A stretch of DNA of 54,560 bases, the filler included, from Bipalium vagum (lineage: Eukaryota): NCBI GenBank assembly GCA_037834085.1. It is 3 parts of 3 records of this genome, joined end to end, with 100 filler letters (N's around TTAATTAATTAA, not from the genome) between each part and the next. Parts side by side here need not be neighbours in the genome. Positions count along the whole stretch, not along the records: positions 36,860 to 54,560 come from JBBMKC010054881.1; 2 more parts are not named here. The stretch is one strand, 5' to 3'. A program made the position numbers and the translations under genes. Under the pieces are notes generated by a model. The model worked only from the letters and a program-made list of their open reading frames with translations, made no database searches and was not told the DNA's origin. Shown one piece after another: positions 39,640 to 51,906 of this stretch. The stretch's first letter is position 1. The number at the start of each line of letters is the position of its first letter.

Positions 39640-40360
39640 CAAATTTTACAAAATGCCAAAGTCTTCTTGCATCACTATGTATTCGTGATAAAATTAATAA
39701 GTCTTCCTCACATGATTAAATCCATTTGAAATTGTTCGTTTTCTATTGATCCTATATTTCATATTTTGGCAAGCAAGACTGTATTGTTTTTTTCAAAAGT
39801 TTCGTGATATTTTCAAATACCCCAAGTCATTATCTTTGGTCGTCTATTGTCTTGTTTTCAAAAAAACTAAATACACAGTTTGAGAATATTATACCAGTGA
39901 TTGTCATCCAACATCATATATTATGATTGTAAAATTAAAGAAAATAGTTTTAAAAAAAAGTCTGGCTTAAAAAATCAATTGTTTCTATTATTTCTTTTCT
40001 TTTTTCAGTCAATTAACTTCTTTGATATGGACTTTTGTAAAGACATCTTACAGTTTTGTAGATTAGTCAATGGAAAATATAAAATCATTTTATGTTTAGT
40101 TGTACCAGTTAATTCTGTGGATTTATTAAGAAATCAAAACACGTCTATTCTGAAAAATTTTAAATGACAATATTTCCCATCGTTAGATTTGCAAAATTTC
40201 TGGCAACTTATGAATATCTCGGAAAAACTTTCTTCTTCAGACGAAATCCATTTTTCCATTCATTTTGATGCCTTTATAATCATGGAAGCGTTTATCACGA
40301 GAAGTCCGTTTGCCATCGATCTTAACAAGAAGCAATGTCTCGAGAATGTTTTGGATAAGG
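39640..40360 (-). mobile_element. Highly decayed Tc1-like transposase fragment
   Basis: Traces of the W..SDE.KF and F.QDN motifs on the minus strand. Confidence 0.4.
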
Positions 40361-40365
40361 TTAAA

Positions 40366-41041
40366 TCTCTTCCAATGATTCCTTATAAGATTTAACTAAA
40401 TGAAGTCGAATATTGTTATGCAGCAAAATCATTTTACTGTGTCTATCGCTCTATTCTGGTTGTTTTTGCTTCTGTAATATATTCAGTTTTAACAATTACT
40501 GTGCATTGCGATTACTGTCTACTGTTTCACCTGGCTTTAATATCTTCTAAAAAACAATCTCTTCTGTTTCTACCCTATGTCTAGTAAAGTTGTCTGTTCG
40601 TGAATATTTCGTTTTGCAATTGAACCCGGCTGAACCCACGACCTTTTCCGTTTACAGAAAATTTTTTTTTCTTTTCTTCATTTTCTCATTCAATTCTTGT
40701 GGAATCCATTTTCCTTCGAATCTCTCCCATTTTATGAAAATGATGGTAAACAATGTGATGAAAAACATTTAACTTTCTGACTATTTTGTTTGTGTATTGG
40801 TTATTATCCTCTGCCAAGATGGCATCCAATTCTGAATCTTTAATTTTTTTTATTTGACCTTGACATTATTTCTTTTAAGTTTTAATAAACTTTTCTAGAT
40901 CGGTTGAATCATTCGAATGTCTCTTGAAATAAAGTGAGATTACCATGTTTCTAAAACTGAATGATAACTTTCAGATAAAAGGTTTTTAATTGAATAATTA
41001 AATCATGGAATGCCACAAATGTTCTTTTGTTGGCCCATATA
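40366..41041 (-). mobile_element. Mauritiana-like mariner, 3'-truncated
   Basis: KKIKDSELDAILAED..KMG..GKWIPQELNE, KRKRSWVQPG, KPGETVDS and RHSKMILLHNNIRLH. Confidence 0.88.
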
Positions 41042-42629
41042 TTGTCATGTTATTTAATATAGACTTTAAATAGTAAATTTATAAATGATAATAAGATTAT
41101 ATTAAAGATTTAACAAAGTTTATTATAATAAATTGCTTCAACAGTTACTGAAACTCACAGATATTTTTTATTTCTGCAATTATTTGTTTATTTATTATTA
41201 TATTATTATATTTTTTTTTTGATTTATTAAATACGTATAATTTTTTTCGAAATCAGTTGAGTATATAAATGCAAATATCTAAATAAGAATTTTAATAAAT
41301 TTCTTCTAAATAAATTATATTAAAATAATTACCAAATTACAAATTAGTCTTGAAAATCAGACGGATAAACAAACCGGGAGAATACCAAAATTCAACCCAT
41401 TTGAGTAATATACATGGTGGTCGCTATAAAAGTGAAAAATTGGTCAAACAGTTATTTATTTTTACAAAGAATAAGGTCACAAAAGCATTTTTGTTTAGTG
41501 CAATAATCACTAATAAACATGGTGCAAATGCAGTTTTTAAAAAGTAACTTCAGTGAAGCATATTAGTTGTTGGGAGAAATAGGTGTTTAGTGATCCTAGA
41601 TAGAATCTAGCTTAGAATATCAATAAAATAAATAAAGATAGCTATCAAAAAACAAACATATTTTCTAAACAATCCATTAACAACATTTATTTAATTAATT
41701 TGATTATTGTCAAAGCAAGAAAAGAGATATACATATCAAATTATAAATCTATATTTTTCTGCTTGAAATTCGTTGCCAAATTAAGCTTGATAAATCAGAT
41801 AAAAGGAAATGGGAGAGTAATAATCTAGAAAATATTACCAATCAAAGGATCATTTATTATCATCAAAACCAGATCATTTAGACAACAAACTATTGTCCGA
41901 AACATAAATGAACTTGTCATTTTGGTCTCCTTAGTAGATTATATTCTCAAACAAAATCAATTCTTTACTTCTTTCGTTCAGGTTAAGAAATTATTCTCTG
42001 TCAATTTAGTAAAAGGTTTTATGTAATAGAAAGATAATTATTTTTTCCACTATTCTAAAAGGAAAAACTAAGACATATTTAGGACTGAGAGAAATAACAT
42101 TCTATTTATAAAATATTAATTAATTAACATAAATGAGAGTTTACTTTTAATGATATGGAAAATTGGAAACAAAACTTAAAATATAAAAAAGAGAATAAAA
42201 ATACTGAAAAAATGCTAAATAATAATTTTTAATAAAATCGATTATATATCTTTTTTATTGGACTCTCAGGAAGTAAATAAATAAAATATTGTATTATTTA
42301 TTAATAAGCACTAAGTACAAATTAATATAATTACTATGGCTAGTTAAAATTAATTTAGATGAATAAGGAAATTTAAAATAATGTTAGGTTTTCACCGTTT
42401 TATATATACTATTAAATATTCCTAATTGAAAATATAGTCGGAAGATGGGAAACATATACTTTATCGAACAAACAAAAATCTATGCGGATTAAAATGTCTA
42501 ATGCAAACCTCATAAGACATGATCGAGATCCATTTTAGAAAATAAATGTGGCATCCAATGTGAAGTGGGTTAGATATATTCGATATTAAAGGTTGAATTA
42601 CCGAAAAAAGATGTCCAGTAAAAATAAAT

Positions 42630-42806
42630 TTATGGTATTTTTAATTGCCCGAAAATTTTAAAACCATACAATGTAAACATTTAGTTGGTATGGCTTTCCG
42701 TTTAAAATATTTTAAACCACTATTAGAAGCTAAATGTACTACAATTGTGGTAAAGAAAAAACGTAGCCGATCCACCAAAATAAGAAAAGCACTTATAATG
42801 GACTGA
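42630..42806 (+). mobile_element. MULE/Mutator-type transposase C-terminus (SWIM finger plus basic tail)
   Basis: NCPKILKP..CKHLVGMAFRLKYFKPLLEAK..KKKRSRSTKIRKALIMD*, matching C.C..F.K...CKH..G.A.RLK...P..AK....KRKRGRP. Confidence 0.65.
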
Positions 42807-42979
42807 ATAATTTCTGATCACATTATTTAGCTTTTTTAGGTGATTTTATTTTTATTACTGTGCAAATAATTATTGTGACAATAATGTTTCTTACTGTATT
42901 AATATGAAAAAAATATATTTTTTACTCAAACTTTTAATTATTGGAAAATTAATTCTTTATTGTTCCAATAAAAATAAAG

Positions 42980-44507
42980 TTACTTAAACAAATTTCCTTA
43001 AAATTTAAATAAAGTGTCTCTTTTATTATTTTTTTAAAAAGATATTTTAAAATTAATTAATACATTAAATTAATGAATATTCATATCGGATTTAAAAAAG
43101 GACACTTTGTAAAAATTTAAAATTCAAAAATATGTTCAAATACTCAGAAATAATTAATTGTTATTGCAATACCTACACTTAAGAATTTTTATATCATTCA
43201 CAAAAAAAGTTATATTGCAAAATTTGTGACTGTTTTGTGAATCACGAAAAAAATATTATGTAGATGTTAATCTGAAAAGTAAGAATCATTATAAATTTAT
43301 TGAAAACGATTTCGATTCAGTAAGTTCCAAAAAATTTGAACAAACATTTATAACAGGAACTTATGACCAATATGTTGAAGTTGTTGTCAGACCATAAAAT
43401 ATATACTAGGTAATTTTTTTTAATTTAGTAAAATTAATTAATTAATTGTGTAATCTGATATTTTAAATATAAATTTTAATTGTAGCTAAAGTTAATTCTT
43501 CTTTCAAGTTATTGTACATGTTATTCTTTCAAGTTATTGTACAGATTGGTGCTTATATTTGTTAATACAAATATATTTTTCTGTAAAAAGCATTCTTTGT
43601 TTTTCTAATAAAAAAACGCACGAACTTTCCAGACAACCCAATATAAATAACTATTAAAAATTATAAAAATTCAAAAATTAATTTTAATGGATAATCACCA
43701 TTAAATTTTTCAATTATAGATTTATCTACTACTACCTTAGTCTTTTTTGAGATATATTTGTTTTCTTGTTTCAAAAACTTTATTGTTTTTAACTTTTTAT
43801 TTCCTTTTTTATAAAGAATCTATACAAATATTTCTCCATAATTATTTTTATAGAAATTATATAAAATTTGATGGTCCTAAATTGCAAAATATTTCTACTT
43901 TTGTTAAACCTAATTTTTTAATTGTATTTGAAAAATAAACAAAGAAAAATAATTTTTTTGTAGTTTTATTTTCATCTGGTTTAATACCTACTATTTTAAT
44001 ATCAAAAATTGATAAAGTTACTGATAATTCTAAAGATTTTGCTGTTTATAATATAGGAAAAGTTAGCTTTCTATTTTTATTTAAATTTATTGCAGTTGAA
44101 TATTTTAAAGAAATTTCTAAGTAATCACACTGTTTACTGTAAAATTCCAACAATAATTATTTTTATTTAATTTTTCAATTTTTCAATTTTTGATAAAAAT
44201 AAATAGATTAAAAAATAAATTTAAGTGAAGCTCAAGTTTATAATTAGTTTTTTCATAATTAATGTGTTTATTTATGTTAGCAGCTATTTCAATAAATTCA
44301 CAAATAGTTTCAAAAATTTTTATTAATCTAAAAAAAATACTTAAACAAATTTCCGTAAATTAATTAATTTAAATAAAGTGTCTCTTATTTTTTTTTAAAA
44401 AAGATATTTTAAAATTAACTAATACATTAAAGTAATATCATCATATCGAATTTTGAAAAGGACACTTTATAAAAACTTTAAAATTCAAAAATATGTTCAA
44501 ATACTCA
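42980..44507 (+). repeat. Imperfect ~170-bp direct repeat (42980-43147 and 44338-44507)
   Basis: Both copies share TACTTAAACAAATTTCC..AATAAAGTGTCTCTT..AAGGACACTTT..TTCAAAAATATGTTCAAATACTCA. Confidence 0.9.
43560..43643 (+). mobile_element. Isolated mariner 3' TIR fragment
   Basis: AAAACGCACGAACTTTCCAGACAACCCAA-TA is the reverse complement of a TTGGGTTGTC.GGAAAG TIR like that at 13481. Confidence 0.7.
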
Positions 44508-44649
44508 CAGTTTAAAAATGAGATTCTAAAACTTTTCTTCTGCTATATAAAATTTTTTTCGTTTATATGAAAATTATACAAATAATCAAATTCTTCTTTT
44601 TATATATAATCTGACAATATTATTTTATAAATTTGATCTTTATTTATTA

Positions 44650-44863
44650 CAAGAGCTGTATATAACAAAGGAAGAGCTAACACAAGCCATCGTTCATGCC
44701 GGTAACAATCTTGACTATCAGCCAGTATTTTAAGATTATGCCAAATCGAATTTTTGAGGTTATTCGTAGACATGGTGCTTGTACAAGATAGTAGATGTTT
44801 TATTTTAATATTTATCGCTTAAATTAATTTTTTCCTTACTATTCTTATCATTTTGCACCACTG
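44650..44863 (+). mobile_element. Tc1/Tc3-like element 3' end
   Basis: TKEELTQAIVHA..MPNRIFEVIRRHGACTR*, ending TCTTATCATTTTGCACCACTG. Confidence 0.8.
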
Positions 44864-45062
44864 ATTTGGACCATTTTTGAGAAAAAACGTAAAAAATATA
44901 TAAATATTTATTAAAATATAAATTTCTTTTGTCTTGTGGTGTTTAATCCTTAACATACCATATAAAAATTATAAATTTACTTTAGTCATTATCTTAGATC
45001 GGCTATTTTCATCAAAAATATGAATATTCTTATCATTATACTCCACACTGTAATGATTTATT

Positions 45063-45765
45063 TATTAGGTGTATAAATAAGTTTCAGAATTTGGAATAAA
45101 AACATCACAATATTCGTGGTAATAAATTAGTGATTTACATAATATATAATATAACTGTCAATAAATATCTATTAATTTTAGTATAAAAATGTCTTGTTTA
45201 AGTATTCATCATTTTATAATCAAACATGGAAAAAAAGGATTTGTTGGAAGTTTTGTTGGGCACCTTTTTTCTAAGAAAACCGCTTCTGAATAATAATATT
45301 AATTTGTCATAATAGTAATTCATAATAATAATTAATCATTATTTGTTAGTAGAAACATTGGAAACTCTCCTTGTCAAGAACGCAGTGTTTTGAATTGTGC
45401 AATTGCTTTAAAAATGAAGAATATATCAGTTACAAATCCCGATCCGAACGTCCGAAAAAGTGTGATGATGGTGATTTTATGGCCTTACTCCAAGGAAACT
45501 GGTGTCAAACGCTGAAATATTCTGGGACTTATCCAAAACCAGGGAACTTGGTGCCGTGCGAATTAAACCCCAGACATGTTTGTGTACAAGTGAACAGTTA
45601 ATTCAACAGCAAAGATGGAAAGGATTTTTACATTGTATTGTTACAGGTGATGAAAAATGGACCATGTGTCTAGATTGACGAGTAACCCAAATATTCATGG
45701 TCAAAACCTCATGTTGTGTATCTCGTGGGATCCGATTGTTATGAGCTGTTGCAGCCAAATGACGC
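45063..45765 (+). mobile_element. Mauritiana-like mariner, 5' half (interrupted by Gypsy)
   Basis: TA-TTAGGTGTATAAATAAGTTTCAGAAT TIR. KPGNLVPCELNPRHV, GFLHCIVTGDEKW, PNIHGQNLMLCISWD and YELLQPND. Confidence 0.92.
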
Positions 45766-45893
45766 TGTTAATATCAATCGATTTGTAATCAGAACTACAA
45801 GTCATTTTTTAAATTTTCATTCATACTTTTTAAATATTTTAAAATAATTAAAATAAACAATTTAAAACTCTCCAAGTCTGATTAGCCTCCTCA
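45766..45893 (-). repeat. 3' LTR (128 bp, TG...CA)
   Basis: TGTTAATATC...CCTCCTCA. A minus-strand purine tract GAGAACGGGAGTA (PPT) abuts it. Confidence 0.88.
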
Positions 45894-47723
45894 TACTCCC
45901 GTTCTCAAACAATTTTTAATTTTCTCGACTTCCTCTCAATTCTTTTTTTGTTTGGCTTTTGTAACACGTATCTTCGGTCATGGAGTTTAAGAAAGATCAC
46001 ATTTCATTTTCTTTTCCTCAAGTTTCGGCCTTCACTAGATTTTTTTCTCCTACGGCAAATGTCCTCTTTGAATTAACTTTTATTTCGAAATCTGTTTCTC
46101 AGCTGCATTATATATTCTATCTCTGTGGATCTTTCTCTCAAACACCATTTCAACAGGACTTATTCCGATTGTTTTCTGTAGCGTCGAATTGAGAGCAAAT
46201 TCTGCTTCCGGCAGGATCTCAGCCAAGTCGTTTGTCCCTCTTTCGCTTAAAGTTGCGTTCAACAAATCTTTCACGGTTCTGAATTGTCTTTCTATTTGAA
46301 CATTCGTGTTGTGATGGTATGGACTCGAAAAACAGAGATTGTCATTAACTCTCTCTGCAAAATCCTTCATGATTTAGATTCAAATGCTTTACCACAATCT
46401 ACATTTATTGTTTTTGGATTTCCGAACTTCAGTATCCAATTATTCATAATTATCTTTGGCACGGAGTTTTCATCTTGTGTTACCATTGCGGTCAAAGAAA
46501 TATATTTGGTATATTTATCTATGATACCAAGGATATATTTTTTCCTACTGGTAGTTTCTCTTAGAGACCCACATATATCTACATATATATGTCTTCAAAA
46601 AGTTCTGATGCTTCTATCTTTTGTACCTCTTCCTTGATCCTTGTCGTGACGACTTTATATCTCTGACAAGCTTCACACGTTGTAATGATTTCCTGAACTT
46701 TTTCCTTCAAATTTGGAATTATGTAATTGTCTATCATATAATACGCAACTTTTTCAGCTCCAGCATGTGCCAACATATGATGAGCCGACCAAACGATATC
46801 TTGAAACTCCTCATCTTTGCACATTTTAGTTTTTTCCGCTTCCGCCTTTCTGTTTTTACCGTGTCTAAAATCGTTGTCCTAACTCTTTCCATTTTCGGTT
46901 CTTCATGCTGTGTCTGACATTTGGGGCATGTATCGCATTTCAGCCTTGAAAGCATATCCGCATTTGAATGTCCGATCCCTTTGCTAGACTACTGAAATAA
47001 TTGATCCACGTGTGAAATTGTGATGTAATTGATTTCTTTGTTGTTAGCATAAAGGTTATTGCTTTTTGATCCGTACTTAATGTGAACTGTTTCCCATATA
47101 AATAATAGTTGAAATGGTTACAGAAGTAATACACAGCCAACAGCTCTTTCCGTGTCACACAATAACCTTTTTCATGAGTGTTCATTGAATGTAATCCATA
47201 TGCTATCACCCATTTCATAATCATTTGAATCTTTCTGTGACACATTCTTTATTCATATCTCGAAAACATAATATCGGGCTGGATATCATATTATTTATAT
47301 CATATTATTTATTTCGCATAATCGTTCCATAGCTTTTGCTTTCTGTTCATACCCTTTTATGAATCGTCTATAGTAATTGCAGATACCCAAAAAGCTCCTC
47401 AGATTTTTAACACATTTTGGTTGCGTAAATGTTCGGATAGCATCTATTGTTGGTTTGTCTGTTTGAGCACCGTCATTGTTTACAATATTGCCGATGAATT
47501 TGACTTCCTTTTTAATATTTAGCATTTCTCTGGATTAATTCTTAAACCTGCTTCTTTGATGCTTATTAATACTTGATTTAAGACATTATAATGATTTTCC
47601 AAATTGCTCATAAAAACCAGAATATCATCTAGATATGTTATAGGTCCTTTGATCTTACCGATGACTTTTGTCATTACTTCTTGAAACGTTCTTTGTGCCG
47701 CTGCAATGCCAAATGGCATTCTA

Positions 47724-47810
47724 CAGTGCGCGTAAAAAGTCTGTTCACCCCCTATCAAAAATACTAATTTTGATATACCATATATTTCAATTTAATTATA
47801 AATTATACTG
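47724..47810. mobile_element. 87-bp Tc1-like remnant inserted in the Gypsy RT
   Basis: TA duplication (47722-23 and 47811-12) with CAGTG...ACTG ends and a Tc1-type TIR CAGTGCGCGTAAAAAGTCTGTTCACCCC. Removing it restores GQYCFNRMPFG. Confidence 0.9.
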
Positions 47811-49866
47811 TATTAAAACAGTACTGTCCATCTCTAGTAGAAAAAGCAGTCTTTTCTTGAGAATCTTTGTCTAATTCTACTTGATAATAAGCATTACCAG
47901 GTCTATTGAACTAAAATAACGTGCTCCACCTAACTCACCTAACATTTCGTCAACGTTAGGCATTGGAAATGCTTGTCTTTCGGTCACTGCATTAAGTCTA
48001 CTAAAGCCCAGACAGATCCGAATGCCTTTCTTCTCTTTTTTTCAAACAAATATCAATAGGGTGTTCCACGGAGAATTACATTTTCTGATGATATTATTAT
48101 CATAAAGATTCTTTATCGTCTCGTTTACCTTTTCTTCTAAATTAATTGGTTTACCTTTTGTTTTTATCATGTTTTGTCAGATGGGTACATCCAATGTCTC
48201 ATTTATCGGTCATGAACGCGTCTTCGTTTACCTCAATTATCTTTCGTAATTTGCCATCTTCATTAACATTTAATAATTTCAATGCTCTTTTCAACCTTTC
48301 TCCTTTCTGTATTGCTTTACCAAATTTTCCTTCTACATTTCACAGTGTATTGCCCAAATCTTCCACCTCGTTGGTTTTACTTTCAAATTGTTGCTTTAAA
48401 CATATCTGAAATTTTATCAACTCAGGGGTGACACTTTCTACAACTATGAATTTTAATAATTTTTTATCTTGACCAACGCTGACCTCTACGTTTATTGACC
48501 CTCTTGTCTCTAAATAACTGTCGTTTGCACATTTCAGTTTTTCACCATACTGTTGAATCTTAACATCTGTCAGTTTCTGGGCAATCTTTACACATATTAC
48601 ATTAACTCCTGCTCCCGTATTCAAAAGAATATCCAATTCCAAATTCTGCACTGTCTCTTACACTTGGAAGTCCATGCACTCTGTCTAACGAAATAACTGC
48701 CTCTTCACTTTCTGCAATCGCATTGGCTTGATTACAATCTTCAATCTCAAATTGTTTCTTCAAAAATCTGTAAACTTTCACTCATCCATCAGTCTCAATC
48801 CTTTTGGAATAATCGCTTTCGATCTCTAGTATATGGCTCCCACTAGTTCCCCTACTAGTGAAGCCTTGTCTTTTGAGTACACTGATGCATTCTCACATTC
48901 TTCTCTCAAGCAGTCTCCTTCCCATATTACATCAATATTTTCACTAATCGCATTAATTCCACTCATCTCATGATTATTTTCGTAAAAATTCCTGTTTCTT
49001 CTCTGACCTCTATTTACATTTGTGTAGCACTCAGAAGCTTGGTGACCATTTCTTCCACATCTTTGACATTTGTGAACTGTGCAATTCCTTCGAATGTGTC
49101 CTGATTTTCCATATCCAAAATATGGATTTTCTTCTCTGGACAGTCTCGACTAATATGTCAGATTTTTTTACACGTCCAACATTCTACTTGTCTTCTTGTT
49201 GGACCCTCGTTTCCTGTGTTACTAAACCTTTAGCAAGAATGACATTCTGGTCTGACTTGCTCTACAACAGGTCGAATCTTATATCCTGCTCGGGTCTCCG
49301 TATATTCTGGTATCTACCGTTCCTCACTACGTCTCTATAGGTCCTGATGATATTGACCTGATCAGACTGTTTCTGTCGGATTCAATTCATTAATTTGATT
49401 AAAATCTCCATTTCTTCTAAGCTTCATAACTTCCTCAATTTGATCTCGATTTCTGGATCGTTTATGCATCTAATTATCGCTTTGTTCAAAATCCTTTCCT
49501 TTTTCATTTCATGTGCAAGACATCTTCCACCATCTTATGGACGTTTTCCAGAAAATTTTCCAGTATCGGCTCCTCTAAGATAGTTGATTAACTTTTCAAA
49601 ATCACCCATTATATCTTTTGGTTTGAAAAAGGTCAATCGTAATCTTCCTTCTAATCCATGAACTTTTCCGGCCGTGCTTTTGTACTTCTCTACTAAATCT
49701 AAGTCTAATAGACAATAGATCAAGGTTTACCTTCTTTTCACTGGAGTCTCTTTTACCGTGAAATACCTTATGCACTGCGCGATGAATTTTTAAACATCCT
49801 CACCCTTACAGAACGTTTTAGGTTAGAGATGTTCAGTGATCGGATCCGAATCGGTGATGGCTGTGA

Positions 49867-49979
49867 TGTTAATATCAATCGGTTTGTAGTCAGAACTATA
49901 AGTCATTTTTTAAAATTTCATTCATACTTTTTAAATATTTTAAAATAAACAATTAAAAAACTCCCAAGGTCTGATTAGC
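49867..49979 (-). repeat. 5' LTR (outer 7 bp and TSD lost)
   Basis: Diverged copy of 45766-45886. Confidence 0.88.
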
Positions 49980-50411
49980 TTAGACTCGTTTAAGACAACT
50001 ATTCATGGATGAACGGCCATATTATGCCGACAGGTATGGTAAAGTCATTTTTCGACATGATAATGCTCGGCCTCATGTTTCGCAAACGATTAAAACATTC
50101 GTGGAAACACTTTAAATTTGAGGTTCTACCAGACCGCCACATTCGCCCGATATTGCCCATACATATTTCTATCCGCTCTGTTCCATGGCTCATGGTCTGG
50201 CTGACCAGCATTTTCAATCTTACGAGAATACCAGAACGTGGTTCGAATCTTGGACCGCATGAAAAAAAGGATTTAAGACACAGAATCGATACTTTGTCTG
50301 GAAGATGGAAGAAAGTATTGCGAAGCAGTGGAGAATATTTCGAAGGATAAGCTTCTTTTTAAAATACTTTATTTATTTAAAAAATATTCGGAAACTTATT
50401 CACACCTAATA
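49980..50411 (+). mobile_element. Mauritiana-like mariner, 3' half
   Basis: RPYYADRYGKVIFRHDNARPHV, PHSPDIA, SMAHGLADQHF and GRWKKVLRSSGEYFE. The TIR ATTCGGAAACTTATTCACACCTAA-TA matches the one at 45065. Confidence 0.93.
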
Positions 50412-50794
50412 TAATAAAACGATGGGAACTAATTACCATATCTAATAATTAAAATATTTCTTTGATGACTAAAAGAAATTAATTGTAAAGGTTTGAATTT
50501 TAAATTAAAGAATATTTTAATTTTTTTTAATAAAATTTTAGGCAAAATAAACTTCTGACATACTAACCTCATAAACTTAAAAATGATGTGAATGACGAAG
50601 AATTTATTTTTCTTTTATTTTTCATGTTCAATTAGTTAATTTTTAACATCATAGATAAGCATAAAAACATTCCAGAAAGTGTTTTATTCCAGTAAAATGA
50701 TTTATTGATCAATTAATAAATTTTCCAACAGATAAATAAAATTATATACAATCAATAAAAAGTCAATTTAAATATCATGTTTTGTAATAATCCA

Positions 50795-51906
50795 TTAATG
50801 ATACTTCAAATTGAGAATTTCTTCGATATGATCAAAAGCTACTTGACAAACCTGTAAAGTAACGAAATTAAATAGTAAACCTACAATTAAATACCTCATC
50901 AATGGATTTTGTGGTATCGATTTCTATTACAGGAAATTGATCTCTTAAATAATCAATTAGTGGTAAGATTTCGGTCTGATATTGTGAAATTCTAAAATCA
51001 TTAAGCAAATAATTCGTTTTGAAATAATATAAACAATAATGATAATAATAAGCAATTAAGCAATGCTGTGACACCAAATTCATTATGATTAACAAAACAC
51101 AAATGGAAAATTCGAAAAATTAAAATTTTTAAAAAACAAAATCGAAAACTTTTGATAACTTGAGAATGTAAAAAAATGTTGTAACAAATCTGTTTTTGTA
51201 TTTTAATTAATATATATTTTTAAGATTTTAGAGCAATTCTGATAATTAAGCTTAGAAAAACATTAATAGATAATTATTAAAAATTAAATAATTGTGAATG
51301 AAATGGAGATTTTCTTGAATTATAACTTCGATATTATTTTATAATTTGTTTATTTACCTTGAATTAATGATGTTCAGTTCATCATCATTTCTTGATAGAA
51401 TTTTTCTACATAGACACCGGTTTCTCAAAATATTAAAATCACCACATACCAGATGGATGATTTCTATCAAATTAGTTTTCTTTGACAATAATTTACTCCA
51501 CATGACAAAATTTTCTAAGTTCCTTGGAAATCCATCAATAAGTACAATATTACTGGAAGAGATACCTAATAGATCCTGTTCCATTTCCATTAATTAACTT
51601 TGATCAATCATTTTTACTTCTTCAATAAGTCTACAGCTAATCCATGATGGAACAATCGAGCCCGATATCATATGTTTTTGAATTTTACAATAATCTTTAT
51701 CCTCTGATTTAACTTTACGTAATAAATTTCCAACTGACATATGATAAAAGTTAAATTTCTATAATACATAAACTTCAATATCAAAAAAAGTTAATTTCAA
51801 TATAAAAAACTTTTGACAAATATGAGCAAATTTCACCTTTCCCAGTTCCTGGAGCACCAAGAATAAAAATAATATCAAACGATTTCTTTAGTGTTTTGCA
51901 GATCAT
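50795..51906 (-). CDS. Divergent UMP-CMP kinase / adenylate kinase family protein, 202 aa; exons 51906-51811, 51758-51618, 51575-51358, 50991-50895, 50851-50795
   Basis: P-loop IFILGAPGTGKG, HMSVGNLLR, GSIVPS, LIDGFPRN and the short LID R..R....RNDD. All four introns are GT-AG (52, 42, 366 and 43 nt) and the joined frame is open. Confidence 0.92.

Larger units (their letters stand above)
45766..49979 (-). mobile_element. Full-length decayed Ty3/Gypsy LTR retrotransposon (gag-PR-RT-RH-IN)
   Basis: Gag with CCHC knuckle CQRCGRNGHQASEC, protease LLNTGA, RT RMPFG/YLDD, RNase H KELLAV, and integrase HHCC plus YHH.TN.QIER, in Gypsy order. Flanked by direct repeats; many stops and frameshifts. Confidence 0.96.

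Noticed and set aside
46284-49583. Plus-strand ORFs within the Gypsy element
   Set aside because: Antisense shadows of gag-pol with no domain motifs.
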